Shown here piece by piece: positions 63,595 through 64,000 of a stretch of 64,000 nucleotides of DNA. The notes beneath the pieces are model-generated. The model searched no databases and was not told the origin of the DNA. It saw nothing but the letters and a program-made list of their open reading frames with translations. A program made the position numbers and the translations under genes. Where the stretch lies: NCBI GenBank assembly GCA_021613535.1, contig CP075494.1:12586001-12650000 (forward strand), read 5' to 3'. The stretch is from Adineta vaga (taxonomy: Eukaryota > Animalia > Rotifera). Each line of letters starts with the position of its first letter. The first letter of the stretch is position 1.

Positions 63595-64000
63595 CGAAAA
63601 TCTAAAATCGGTATTAAATGGACTCCATAAAAAAACTTTTCCAAGTAATTTTCGTTTTTTGTAAAAAAACCCGCATATCGTTGCCAAGGAAACTGCTTAC
63701 AGCTGATCGACGTCATAATCCAAACACTTCATTGATTTTTCCCATTATCCTCCATCAAAAATACTTACTGACTAAACTTTTACCGTCGAAAATGTTTTTT
63801 TCCCGTAAATAAATCATTATTTTAGAATATTTTCGTCTCTTGTGTTTGGAGTAATCCTATTCGAAGCGCTAGGTGCAATTTGAATCGTCACATGTTTATT
63901 GCATGTTGATGTCGAAACATAAATCATTTAACGGAGGAAGAAAGAAGTAAAAAAAGGAAGAAAGTACATATACTATACTGAATCAAATAATTGCTTTACT

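Noticed and set aside
1-64000. CRISPR arrays, rRNA, intact transposons or prokaryotic defence systems
   Set aside because: No repeat-spacer arrays, rRNA motifs, or transposase/RT ORFs seen; the DNA is spliced eukaryotic sequence

Overview
AT-rich eukaryotic, gene-dense animal DNA with many ~50-60 nt GT-AG introns. Organism inferred (not proven) to be a bdelloid rotifer, from intron size, metazoan genes (Islet, FBXW7, BMP-type ligand, Brat-type NHL), intronless class A GPCR and B-box/beta-propeller genes, and non-metazoan-type enzymes (BAHD acyltransferase, GH71 glucanase). About 28 protein-coding genes were reconstructed by hand. Main finding: a secreted-peptide locus at 5.3-7.8 kb, largely missed by the ORF track. 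One signal-peptide exon appears to splice to three mutually exclusive terminal modules, and a divergent paralog lies beside it. All four products share an (A/S)xxFL..KR propeptide and an EQ(K/R)REA..YE.RCE...CP...W core reminiscent of vitamin-K-dependent Gla proteins. Other leads: a structured OGDH intron with a competing stop-including 5' splice site, a 14-nt frameshifting duplication and a structured intron element in Islet, a tight CDC34-FBXW7-ATG10 tandem, a PAM2-bearing Brat-like protein and an X25-GH71 chimera. All exon boundaries and family calls were made by eye, without database searches.
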